A stretch of DNA of 64,000 bases from Octopus sinensis (Eukaryota). The stretch is taken from assembly GCF_006345805.1 (NCBI RefSeq), contig NC_043001.1, forward strand, positions 20,522,001 through 20,586,000, in the 5' to 3' direction. Position 1 is the stretch's first letter. Each line of letters begins with the position of its first letter. Both the position numbers and the translations under genes were made by a program. This document shows, piece after piece, positions 27,296 through 39,464 of this stretch. Under the pieces are notes generated by a model, which did not search any database, was not told the origin of the DNA, and saw only the letters and a program-made list of their open reading frames with translations.

Positions 27296-27424
27296 CAAGG
27301 TATCCCCAAAAAATGTATACACATAGTGGTTCGGCAAAAGAGAACGATAGAATAAGTACTAGGCTTACAAAGAATAACATTTACAATTATTTAAGGTGTG
27401 TATACATTTTTTTGGGACACCCTG
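27296..27424. mobile_element. Tc1/mariner-type MITE with an internal SINE-A fragment
   Basis: TA TSD; TIRs CAAGGTATCCCCAAAAAATGTATACAC / reverse complement CAGGGTGTCCCAAAAAAATGTATACAC; interior 27325-27377 equals the SINE-A body. Confidence 0.75.
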
Positions 27425-27568
27425 TATATATCATCATCATCATCATCATTTAACGTCCGCTTTCCATGCTAGCATGGGTTGGACGGTTCAACTGGGTTCT
27501 GGGGAGCCCGAAGGCTGCACCAGGCCAGTCAGATCTGGCAGTGTTTCTACAACTGGATGCCCTTCCTA

Positions 27569-27604
<36 letters not shown>

Positions 27605-29149
27605 ATGTATATATATACATGTGTGTGTGTGTATATATATTCATATATATCATCATCATCATCTTACGTCCGTCGTCCATGCTGGCATGGGTTGGATGGT
27701 TTGACCACAGCTGGCAAGCTGCTGTGCTGCACCAGGCTCCAATCTGATTTGGCCTGGTTTCTACGGCTGGATGCCCTTCCTCACACCAACCACTTTACAG
27801 AGAATGTTAAGTGCTTTTATATGGCACTACACGAGCGCTTTTTACTTGACACCAGCACGGCACTCTTATAAGCCAATCCTCTTCACCGGGGAGAGGGCCT
27901 TAACACTTCTGCTGTGAAGTACAAGTCTTCTTGAGTACAGCAAGGTGCCAGATATCTTGGTCCTTTATCGTCTCGTCTGAAAGGTTCAGATCCTGAGGTC
28001 GTCCTTCAGTACCTCATCTCAGTTCTTCCTTTGAGAGATCAACACTTCTTGATGGAGCTGTCTGCACCCATCCACATCACATGACTAAACCAGCAGTCTT
28101 CTCTCTTGCACACTGCAACTAATTCCTCTTATGCCTAACTTCTCTCTCAAAACACTAGCACTCTTTCAAACATTTACACTCATATTACACATCCAGCGGT
28201 GCATACTAACCTCATTTCTTTCTAACATTCACATGTCCTCTGCATTCAAGGCCCACGTCTCACTACCATGTAGAATTGTTGTCTGTATACATGCATCATA
28301 CAATCTTCCTTTCACTCGAAGAGAGAAACCTTTCATAGCTAACAAAGGTAAAAATTCTCTGAATTTACTCCATCCTATTCTTATCCTAGCTATTTTCACT
28401 CTCCATACATCTTCCCCCATGACTAATTTTGACCACTAGGTAGCAGAAATTATCCACTTCCTCTAATGAGTCACCAGGGCATTTGAGAGAATCAATGTCC
28501 ATGAGTTGCTAAAGTTTTTATGGATCTTCCACATATGAAAACTATCTTCTCAGATAACATCATCATCATCATCGTTTAATGTCCGCTTTCCATGTTAGCA
28601 TGGGTTGGACGATTTGATTGAGGTCTGGCCAACCAGATGGCTGCACCAGACTCCAATCTGATCTGGCAGAGTTTCTACTGCTGGATGCCCTTCCTAATGC
28701 CAACCACTCCGAGAGTGTAGTGGGTGCTTTTTACATGCCACCGGCACGAGGGCCAGTCAGGCGGTACTGGCAACGGCCATGCTCAAATGGTGTTTTTTAT
28801 GTGCCACTTGCACAGGAGCCAGTCCAGCAGCACTGGCAACGACCTTGCTCGAATGTTTTTTCACGTACCACCAGCACACAAGTGCTAGTAAGGTAATGCA
28901 GGTAACGATCACGTTCGAATAGTGTTTTTAACATGCCATCAGCACAAAGGCCAGCTTGTTGCTCTGGCAATGATCTCACTCATATGGTACTCTTAGCACT
29001 CCACTAGCAACGGATGCCAGTCACGGAGTTTGATTTCGACTTCGATTTCACTTGCCTCAACAAGTCTTTGCAAGCAAACCTTCTTATTTATCTACTGTTT
29101 ACACTAGGTACACTGCTTAGTCCATAGCTTACACTGAGTACACCATATG

Positions 29150-29630
29150 GAGTTCCTGCTTACACATCATCATCATCATCACAAATCAAACAGGGCCACC
29201 TACCTGAGGTGTGGGGTGGGTAGGGTCATTTCAGGGGTGGGTAGGGTCATGTCAGTTTTCTTGCTTACTAGCACCTTAGTCTTTGCTGAGTTAACCTTAG
29301 GGCCCTTAGATTCCAGGTTTTGCTTCCACTTTTGGAATTTCTCTTCTAGCTCTGATATGGAATCTGCTATGAGAGCAAGAGCATCAGCATATAGTAGTTC
29401 CCAGGGGCTGCTAGTCTTAGATTCCTCTGTTATGGCCTGGGGGACAGTGATGAAAAGGAGGGGACTAAAGTCTGAGCATTGATGAACTATCTGTAACCCA
29501 GATCTTCAGTGTATTCATGGTTAACTTTCAATTTACTGACAGTGTCTTTGTACATGGTCTGTACAGCTTTCACCAGTCACTCATGTATCCTTAACTTTCT
29601 CAGAGCCCACCATATCACACAGTGGGGTAT
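29150..29630 (-). mobile_element. Internal RTE reverse-transcriptase fragment
   Basis: Reverse strand WELLYADALALIADSISELEEKFQKWKQNLESKG; a similar older fragment lies at ~32640-33090. Confidence 0.75.
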
Positions 29631-30655
29631 GAGTAATATGTATATATGTGCATATATGTGTGTGTGTGCGTATATATATATATATATATCATCATCATCA
29701 TCGTTTAACGTCCGCTTTCCATGCTAGCATGGGTTGGACGATTTGACTGAGGACTGGCAAACCAGATGGCTGCACCAGGCTCCAATCTTGATCTGGCAGA
29801 GTTTCTACAGCTGGATGCCCTTCCTAACGCCAACCACTCCAAGAGTGTAGTGGGTGCTTTTATGTGCCACCGGGTCGAGGGCCAGTCAGGCGGTACCGGC
29901 AATGGTGTTTTTTGCCTGCCACCGGCACAAGAGCCAGTCCTGTGGCACTCGCAATGAACTCGCTTAAATGTTTTTTCACGTGCCAGTTAGTTGCTCTGGC
30001 AACGATCACGCTCGGATGGTGCTCTAGACCCCCTTCAGTCATGACTGACCATGGGATCGCACTTAGAAAGTTACTCTCCCAGGTACAAGTCCAGGCAAGA
30101 TTGTTTATGGAAGACCAGCAGTTGCCCATGCATACTGGCCTCCTCTCTCCACGCCGCCAAGGGAAAGGTAAAGGCCAATACAGCTTGGCACCTCTGACGT
30201 CGCAACACATTTCTACAGCTGAGTGAACTGAAGCAATGTGAAATAAAGTGTCTTGCTCAAGAACACAACCTACATCCCGGTCCAGGATTCGAACTCACAA
30301 CCTCATGGTCATAAGCTTGACACTTTAACCACTGAGTCATACACCTTCACCATATATATATATATGACACCAGCATTAGCCACGACTACAGCCATGGCTG
30401 ATACTGGTGTACTGTAACTGGCACCTATGTCGATGGTATGTAAAAAGCACCCACTACACTCTTGGAGTGGTTGGCATTAAGAAGAGCATCGAAATATAGA
30501 AACCATGGCAAATCAGATTGGAACATGGTGCAGCACCCCCACTTACCAGTTCTCGGTTAAACCATCCAACCCATGCCAGCATGTAAAATGGACATTTAAG
30601 ATATATATATATATATGTGGTAAGGCAATTCGTTGCTAAACCCTTTATTGCTTAG

Positions 30656-30686
<31 letters not shown>

Positions 30687-33600
30687 ATGATGGACTCTCC
30701 CATTGAAGCTACTGCTGACCAATCTGCACAAATGATTTGTTTATAGTGATCAAAGATCACATTACCTCAGACTCTCCATCAAATCAATGTTGCCTAACCA
30801 GGTGCATCATGTACTACACATCAGGTGTTGAGGTGATCGCAGAGCAGCGTGAGATGAAGTGTTTTGCTCAAGAACACAACATACCACCTAACCTAGGGAT
30901 TGAAACCACGACCTTGTGATCGGGAGTGCAACACTCTAACCACTTGGCAGCAGAGGCAAGACCTGGAGCAGTAGGCACAAGTACGGGTGCCTCGATTGTC
31001 TCCTCTGCCGGCCACTGAAAGGTTGCAGCGAAGCTTGAAGAAGGCACTAAATCACCACGGAGATGAGGAGGAACATGATGATGAAGTATGATCACATCCA
31101 TATGAATGAGGACAAGTGAGAGAAAAGAGAAGGAGCATGAGCACATCCCCATGGATGGGGACAGGGATGAGCAGCAGTGTAAGTACGAGCATAACACTTG
31201 GACTCATGCATTTGGGATCTATCTCACTCTCTCTCCCTCCCACCCTTTGTCTCCCTCAGTGATGAAATAGTCATAGATGCAGTGGAGCAATACACAGCAA
31301 CATTTGCTTGCCTACATACACCCTGAAGAGTGTATATATATATAAATAATTGAAAGAATGGACGACTCCATTCTTTCATTTATTCATATAAAAAACACAC
31401 AAATTTCCACACAAGAACCCGGAGTTTCTACCCTTGACAGGTCGCTTCAACCGTGTTTTCCGACGTGAATTTGCTACCCAAGTATCGGTTAAACGAATTT
31501 TCCATGCTAGGATACTTCATTCACCTACTTAAATATATATATATATATATATCATCATCATCATCGTTTAACGTCCGCTTTCCATGCTAGCATGGGTTGG
31601 ACGGTTCAACTGGGGTCTGGGAAGCCAGAAGGCTGCGCCAGGCCAGTCAGATCTGGCAGTGTTTCTACAGCTGGATGCCCTTCCTAACGCCAACCACTCC
31701 GTGAGTGTAGTAGGTGCTTTTTATGTGCCACCGACACAGGTGCCAGACGAGGCTGGCGAACGGCCACGCTCAGATGTTGCTTTTTATGTGCCACTGGCAC
31801 GGAGGCCAGGCGAGGCTGGCAACGGCCACGATCGGATGGTGTTTGTTACGTTCGTGGCCGTTGCCAGCCTCGCCTGGCCTCCATGCCAGTGGCACATAAA
31901 AAGCACCAGCCTCGTCTGGCATATATAAGGAGCACTCTGTCAGTTGCGACAATGAGGGTCCCAGCTGATACAATCAATGGAACAGCTTGCTCGTGAAATT
32001 AACGTGCAAGTGGCTGAGCACTCCACAAACACGTGTACCCTTAACATAGTTCTCAGGGAGATTCAGCGTAGCGTGACACAGAGTGTGGCAAAGCTGGCCC
32101 TTTGAAATACAGGTACTACTCATTTTTGCCAGCTAAGTGGACTGGAGCAACGTGAAATAAAGTGTCTTGCTCAAAAACACAACGCGCCACCGGGAATTGA
32201 ACTCATGACCTTACGATCATGAGCCAAATGCCCCTAACCACTAAGCCACGCTCCTATATGTATATATGTTTGTGATATTATACTTATACATATCTATTGA
32301 GTGTGTATAACTTGTGCATATGTGGTGCTCCCGTATGAGTACAGTTCAAGGACAGAAGCAAGTAAGAGAAAAAACAAACGTGTGTGTATGTGTGTGTGTT
32401 GGAAAAAAAATTAGAGGAATAATGAAAATGTTTCAGTAAAGAAATGAAGAAATAATTAAAAATTGAAAAAAAAAATGTTGAAAAGAAGGCATTACTATTT
32501 AAATTTGGTATTTATTCTATCTTTTTACTATCTTTATACACTGTTCACTTCCCAGACATTTGTACATTACTGTATATGCTTTATATGCACTTTTGACAAG
32601 TTGTGGTGCACCTGAGCACTGTATACAATAATTTCATTATTATTTTTATTACTGGAACTTTGGTCTTTACTAAGTTAACTTTGAGACTCTGATTCCAAGT
32701 TTTGCTTCCATACCTGGAATTTCCTTTTCTAATTCTACTACAGATTCAGCCATAGAAAGTCATCAGTATATAGTAATTTCCAGAGTAACCAGTCTTAAAT
32801 TCTTCTGTTATGGTCTGGAGGGCTGTGATGAATAGGAGGGGACTGACAATTGAGCCCTGGTGAACTTTTACCCTGACGCAACATTCATTGTTCTACTCAT
32901 TGCTAACTCTCACCTTATTGACAGCACCCCTGTACATGGTTTGTTTAGCTCTCACCAGCCACTTAGCTACTCCTAGCTTCTTCAAAGGCTTTCTCCATGT
33001 CAACAAATGCCAAGTACATCAGTTTACTTTGGGCTAAATATTTCTCTTTCTCTTGTCTTATTAGGAAGGTAGTAGTACTTCTCCCTGACACAAAACCAAA
33101 CTGCATCACATCTAGACTAATTCTCTTCCAAATTAACTGATTTAACAGTTCCTGAATTAATGCACATGTGGCTGAGCATTACTCAATCACATGTATCCTT
33201 AACAGAATTCTCATGCAGAATCAGTGTGGCACAAGGTATGACAAAGCTGTCCTTTTTGAGTTACAGGTACAATCCACCCAAGAAACTTGTGTACAGTTTT
33301 TGTCAACCCAGTCTCACTCACAAGGCATGAGCTGATTCAAGGCTATTGAATATATTTCCCAAGATACCATGCAGTAGGATTGAACCCAGGTCCTTCTGGT
33401 TACAGAGCAAACTTCTTAACCATTCAACAATACTGCACCTACTTCATCATCATTATCATTGTGAATTTGGTCAGCATTTGTGATGAAAGATCTTGTTCAA
33501 TCATTACATAGTTGAGGTTCATGGCGGTGTATGTTGTTGAAGTGGACGCAATGACAATACTACTGATGATGTTGGTGGTTGTGGTGGTGGTGATAGTGGT

Positions 33601-33940
33601 AGGATAGTTGTGGTGGTGGTCGTCGTTGTAGTGCTGCTCCTGCTGGGCGGTTAGCATGCGTGTATATTTTTATTTTGTTTTGTGAATTTGGTCAGCATTT
33701 GTGATGAAAGATCTTATTCAATCATTACATAGTTGAAGTTCATTTTAAGCAATGAAGCTGGGCAGTTAGCATTGTACAAAGCTCACGTTGAACCTTATTT
33801 AAAGATTGCTTTACTTGAAACCGGTTAGTCTGAGGCATGTCATGTTTATGCAATGCATCTCTGCTTACTGCCAAAATTTGCCTTCAATAGCAATGATTGT
33901 ATTTGAATGTGTATATATGTTTGTGCATGTATATACATAT

Positions 33941-33983
<43 letters not shown>

Positions 33984-36070
33984 AATAAAATAGAACATAT
34001 GCATATATATAAACATATATGTACGTACCTACCTCTACATGTACATATACACGCATATATGTGTACAGGACACCAAAAAGACGTCGAACACATAGAGAGA
34101 CGAAACACATAGACACAAACCAAGGAACAAGACAAGCAAAAAAAAGAGAGATACAGGACAATAAGCACAACGAAAAATCCCCTTCTTCAGTTGCTAAGGT
34201 TTCATCTACTAAATATATATATATATATATATAATGTTTAAGATTCAAATCAAAGAAGTACAATAATAATGTTTAGCAGTTCAAACCCAAGTAGTGAAAT
34301 GCAGAATTAGGTCAGCTGATTCTGAGAATCAAATATTGATTGCTTCACTAAAAACTGCAGGTGGTATGGGTTATTTCCCTTGTTTAAATAAAATATTAGT
34401 TATATGTAGTAGATAGAAGGATGCATTGGAGGGGCCCTTTTATCAATTTTTTTCAACAATCTAAGTATGTCATGAGGTTTTCAGACACGAGTTTTACTCA
34501 CGTGTCAAATAAAGTATAAAAGTGATATTGTTTGCAAAAATTAGAAATTGGATACACAAAAAATCAATATTCAAAGTAATCGAACATAAACAATGAAACC
34601 TGTAAAATATTTCTAAATTCGATGGCTCAATTAGTTTCATGAAAATGTTGTATGAACTGTAAATAAGCAATAAATATTATGATTTGTAAAATAAGTATAA
34701 GTGATACAGGGTGTCCCAACTCAATGTGGTGTGGAGGTTTGGTTTCATTTTTTAAGAATTTTAAGCATTCAAAGTATGAGTTCATAGTATTGGGACACAC
34801 TTATTAAATACATTCTGGAATCAAAAATTTATGTAGTGTCATCAAAAAATTTTAACTGGAAAATGCAGAATTATCGGAGTTATGGGCATTGAAAGTGTAC
34901 ATGAATCAAGGAAGTGCAATAATAAAGTTTATCAATTCAAAACTGTGAGTAGTGAAATGCAGAATTAGGTCCGCTGATCGTGAGAATCAAATATTGATCG
35001 CTTCGCTAAAAACTAACAACTGCAAGTGCTATGGGTTATTTTCCTTGAGTGTTTAAAAAATGGCTGTGTGGTAAGTAGCTTGCTTACCAACGACATGGTT
35101 CCGGGTTCAGTCCCACTGCGTAGCACCTTGAGTAAGTATCTTCTACTATAGCCTTGGGCCAACCAAAGCCTTGTGAGTGGATTTAGTAGACAGAAACTGA
35201 AAAAAGCCCGTCGTATATATGTGTGTGTGTGTATATTTGTGTGTCTGTGTTTGTCCTCCCACCATCACGATGCTGGTGTGTTTACATCCCCGTAAATTAG
35301 CAATTTCGTAAAGAGACCGATAGAATAAGTATGAGGCTTACAAAGAATAAGTTCGGGGGTCCATTTGTTCGACTAAAGGCAGTGCTGCAGCATGGCCACA
35401 GTCAAATGACTGAAACAAATAAAAAAAAATATGATGTAGATATAAAGATCTCTTCCAGGGGCCATATTATCGATTTTTTCCAGGAGTGGCTGTGTGGTAA
35501 GTAGCTTGCTAACCAACCACATGGTTCCGGGTTCAGTCCCACTGCGTGGCATCTTGGGCAAGTCTCTTCTGCTATAGCCCCGGGCCGACCAATGCCTTGT
35601 GAGTGGATTTGGTAGACGGAAACTGAAAGAAGCCTGTCGTATATATGAATATATATATATAGGTGTGTGTGTGTATATGTTTGTGTGTCTGTGTTTGTCC
35701 CCCTAGCATTGCTTGACAACCGATGCTGGTGTGTTTACGTCCCCGTTACTTAGCGGTTTGGCAAAAGAGACCGATAGAATAAGTACTGGGCTTACAAAGA
35801 ATAAGTCCGGGGGTCGAGTTGCTCGACTAAAGGCGGTGCTCCAGCATGGCAGCAGTCAAATGACTGAAACAAGTAAAAGAGTAAAGAGTAATCTAAGTAT
35901 GTCATGAGGTTTCCAGACATGAATTCTACTCACATATTTAGTTTCACGAAAATCAATATAACACTGTAGGATGAGTTAGCTAACACCGCCACAAACAAAA
36001 ATGTGACCGCGTGTGTACCGTTGGCGATTTGTTTTCCTTTGTCTTCCCTTTAGATCTTTCCTTTTCCTAT

Positions 36071-36105
36071 GTTTCTGATGAAGAGCTCCGCTCGAAACGT
36101 TAAAC
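36071..36105 (+). ncRNA. Minimal type-I hammerhead ribozyme motif (canonical core)
   Basis: GTTT-CTGATGA-A-GAGC-TCC-GCTC-GAAA-CG-T-T-AAAC: stem I GUUU/AAAC, stem II GAGC/GCUC, palindromic stem III ACGU, GUU cleavage triplet. Confidence 0.7.
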
Positions 36106-36184
36106 CCTCCTTCTTTCCTGAGCATCCAATAATACTATACTTGTTCCACGTCCTCGCGTTGTTGTGTTTTCATGTTTAGATTAA

Positions 36185-36242
<58 letters not shown>

Positions 36243-37207
36243 ATCTATTAATGTTTGTTTTTATGCTATATATTGTATATATAATAAACTGAAGGATTAC
36301 TCAATACATTTGATAGAATACAGCTTATTATTCTTTTACAAGAATAGTATGGACAGTAACTTCGAAGTTTCAACCTGCTAAGCTATAATCAGACTTATAT
36401 CTCTGCGTACATGTAAGAATGTACAGAAAAACACTACACAGACTCACATACACACACACACACACTGCTGTATGAATATATTTTTGTGTGTATGACTTTA
36501 AAAACAAAAAATGTATGCATGTAAGCATCTACACACACACACACACACACTCCATCACTACACACATACATGAATATGCACCCACACACTCTTCATTAGC
36601 ATTAGTCCACTCATTGTGTGTTTGTAGACTAAATGACATATTTCACTCTAAAAGCAGTCATCCCTGCTGGTCAGTACAATTTGTAAATTTTCTCCCACTA
36701 TCTTTCTTCCTCTTATCTTCTCTTCCTGTGATTGTCTTTCTATTTTAACCTCACTCTGACGTCAACAATAATTCAACCAATCAAGAATCAGATGCATGCT
36801 CACTCATATATACACAAATAACACTAACAGACACACACACGCCTTTTATCTTTTTCTTCTTTCAGTCATTTGACTGTGGCCATGCTTGAAGAATTTTTAA
36901 CCCCAGTTCTTATTTTTGTCAAGCCTGGTTCTTATTCTATTAGTCTCTTTTGCCAAACTGTTAAGTTATGAGTGTGTAAAAACACTAACACCTGTTGTCA
37001 AGTGATGGTGGGTGGCAAACACACACACACATGCATATGATGGGCTTTCAGTTTCTGTCTACCAAATCCACTCGCATGGCTTTGGTCAGCCCAGGGCTGA
37101 TCAGTAAAAGACACTTACCTCAGGCTGACCAGTCAAAGACACTTGCCCAAGGTATCATGCTGTTGGACTGAACCCAGAACCATGTGGTTGGAAGCAAACT
37201 TCTTACC

Positions 37208-37437
37208 TATTTTTTACTACCCACAAGGGGCTAAACACAGAGAGGACAAACAAGGACAGACAAACGGATTAAGTCGATTATATCGACCCCAGTGCGTAAC
37301 TGGTACTTATTTAATCAACCTCAAAAGGATGAAAGGCTAAGTCAATCTCGGCGGAATTTGAACTCAGAACGTAACGGCAGACGAAATACGGCTATGCATT
37401 TCGCCCGGCGTGCTAACGTTTATGCCAGCTCGCCACC
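37208..37437 (-). mobile_element. SINE family C
   Basis: Reverse complement of the 55116-55350 copy (GGTGGCGAGCTGGCA...GAGTTCAAATTCC...GGGTAGTAAA). Confidence 0.85.
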
Positions 37438-37616
37438 TGGCTTTGTTGTCCCATTTTATTTAGCACACACATAGCCACACGCATGCATCTATACACATAC
37501 ATACACACACACACATGCACATGCGCACACACACAAATGCAAAGCAAGGTGGAAAAAAAATATAGTATTCAAATACCAATGGTAGAATAAAATTCTGTTT
37601 TATTGAAGCTGGAAAG

Positions 37617-37656
37617 ACTGCTACTCAGAGTTCCAAGTAACTGATCATCAGACAGT
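37617..37656 (-). ncRNA. Degenerate hammerhead motif, same family as 38726-38777
   Basis: Minus strand ACTGT-CTGATGA-TCAGTTACTTG-GAA-CTC-T-GAG-TA-GCAGT; one A of GAAA lost or changed, stem II imperfect. Confidence 0.5.
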
Positions 37657-37868
37657 TCTGAGTATTTAGAACAATGCAGTTGTTATAAGTAATTTTTATA
37701 TATATTTCTGTGTACTTTTAAACTGTTGCATTGTTCTAAATACTTCCAGTTCTAACAATCAGTTACTTGAGACTCTGAGTGTAACTTTGTGAAGTTTTTA
37801 CAGCTTCAATAGAATAATGTATTTTATATATGTGTGTGTATGTATATATGTATGTATGTATATATATG

Positions 37869-37928
<60 letters not shown>

Positions 37929-38134
37929 GGAGAGTTTACGAAAAAAACAAAAGACGAAGACAGGTTGTGTACAAAACAAACAGTTGTATTAGTATAACGC
38001 TCAGGAATAGAAAAAGTCTTTTACATTTTGAGCCTACGCTCTTCTACAGAAAGGGACACAGAAAAAAACAAGGAGAGAAAAAAATGTGTGTAGTGGCTAA
38101 TGATCTATCATGGCGACCATATATATATATGTAT

Positions 38135-38526
38135 GGTGGAGGCGCAATGGTTCAGTGGTTAGGGCAACGGACTCATGGTCATAGGATCACAGTTTCGATT
38201 CCCAGACCGAGCCTTGTGAGTGCTTATTGAGTGAAAACACCTAAATTTCCACGAGGCTCTTGCAGGGGGGTAGGGGTGTGTGTGGCAAATCCTACTGTAT
38301 TCATGCACCACTACTTTCTCTCACTCTTTCTTCCTGTTTCTGTAGTACCTGTATTTCAAAGGGGCCTACCTTGTCACACTCTGTGTTACGCTGAATCTTA
38401 CGGAGAACTACATTAAGAGTACACATATCTATGGAGTGCTCAGCCACTTGCACGTTAATTTCACGAGCAGGCTGTTCCGTTGATCGGAACAACTGGAACC
38501 TTTGTCATCATAACCGATGGAGTGCC
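38135..38526 (+). mobile_element. SINE family B, older copy
   Basis: Head GTGGAGGCGCAATGGTTCAGTGGTTAGGG; same body as 9807-10194. Confidence 0.85.
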
Positions 38527-38586
<60 letters not shown>

Positions 38587-38725
38587 ATATACCGGAGTAA
38601 ACACATAAATGTGAAACAAGGTGGAAAAAAGAGTACTCAAATACCTGTGGTAGAGTAATATGCTTTATTTAAAGCAGCAGAAAATTCAACAAAACCTGTT
38701 ACTCTGAGTTTCCCATTGCCGTTCA

Positions 38726-38777
38726 GCAAAAACTGTCCGATGAACGGCAACGGGAAACTCAGAGTAACAGGTTTTGT
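38726..38777 (+). ncRNA. Type-I hammerhead motif with U4C core variant, inside a fold-back
   Basis: CAAAAACTGT-CCGATGA-ACG-GCAA-CGG-GAAA-CTC-A-GAG-TA-ACAGGTTTTG: extended stem I, GNRA loop in stem II, GUA triplet. Confidence 0.65.
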
Positions 38778-39198
38778 TGAATTTTCTGCTGCTTTAAATA
38801 AAGTATATATATATACATATACATACATGCTCATGCATGGCTCTGTGGGAAGAAGCTTGCCTCCCAACTACATTGTTCCTGGTTCAGTCCCACTGCATGG
38901 CACCTTGGGCTAGTATCTTCTATAGTCTTGGGCCAACCAAAGCCTTGTGAGTGGATTTGGTAGATTGACACTACATGTCCACATGTGTATCTTTGCATCA
39001 GTGTTTGTCCCCCTCCACTACTTTACAACTGGTGGTGTATTTATGCCCCTGTAACTTAGTGGTTCGGCAAAAGAGTCTGATAGAATAAGTACTAATAATA
39101 TGAGTGAGGAGTCTAATGCAGGGCAGGTCATAAAATAAAATGAGACAACAAAGCCAAGGCAGTGTGAAATTTCTAGGACATTCATAAGGAGAAAGGTA

Positions 39199-39246
39199 GT
39201 CTTACAGCTGTTTCAGGGATATAAAGGATATCCAATCATCAGAGAC
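39199..39246 (-). ncRNA. Minimal type-I hammerhead ribozyme motif (canonical core)
   Basis: Minus strand GTCT-CTGATGA-TT-GGATAT-CCTTT-ATATCC-CT-GAAA-CAGCTG-TA-AGAC: palindromic stem III ACAGCUGU, GUA triplet, stem I GUCU/AGAC. Confidence 0.75.
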
Positions 39247-39464
39247 GATATGAGAGAGTTAAATAGAAAGAAATAGTAGAGTGTAATATAAGAAGTTATT
39301 TTGGAAAGGGAGAGATATAAGAAGTATAAAGAAATATGAAGGGAAATAAAGAAGTATAAAGAGAAATATGAGAATTAAAAAATATATGTTGGATGTTAAA
39401 GTTGGTGTTCCATTATCCAAGGAATGTTCTGTGTAGAATGGGTGAAGAGGTTTCTTGTCCATGA

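Noticed and set aside
33455-33505. GTGAAT...GTGAT-GAAA-GATCT-T as another G3-type hammerhead
   Set aside because: Positions 8-9 and stem I do not fit; likely chance
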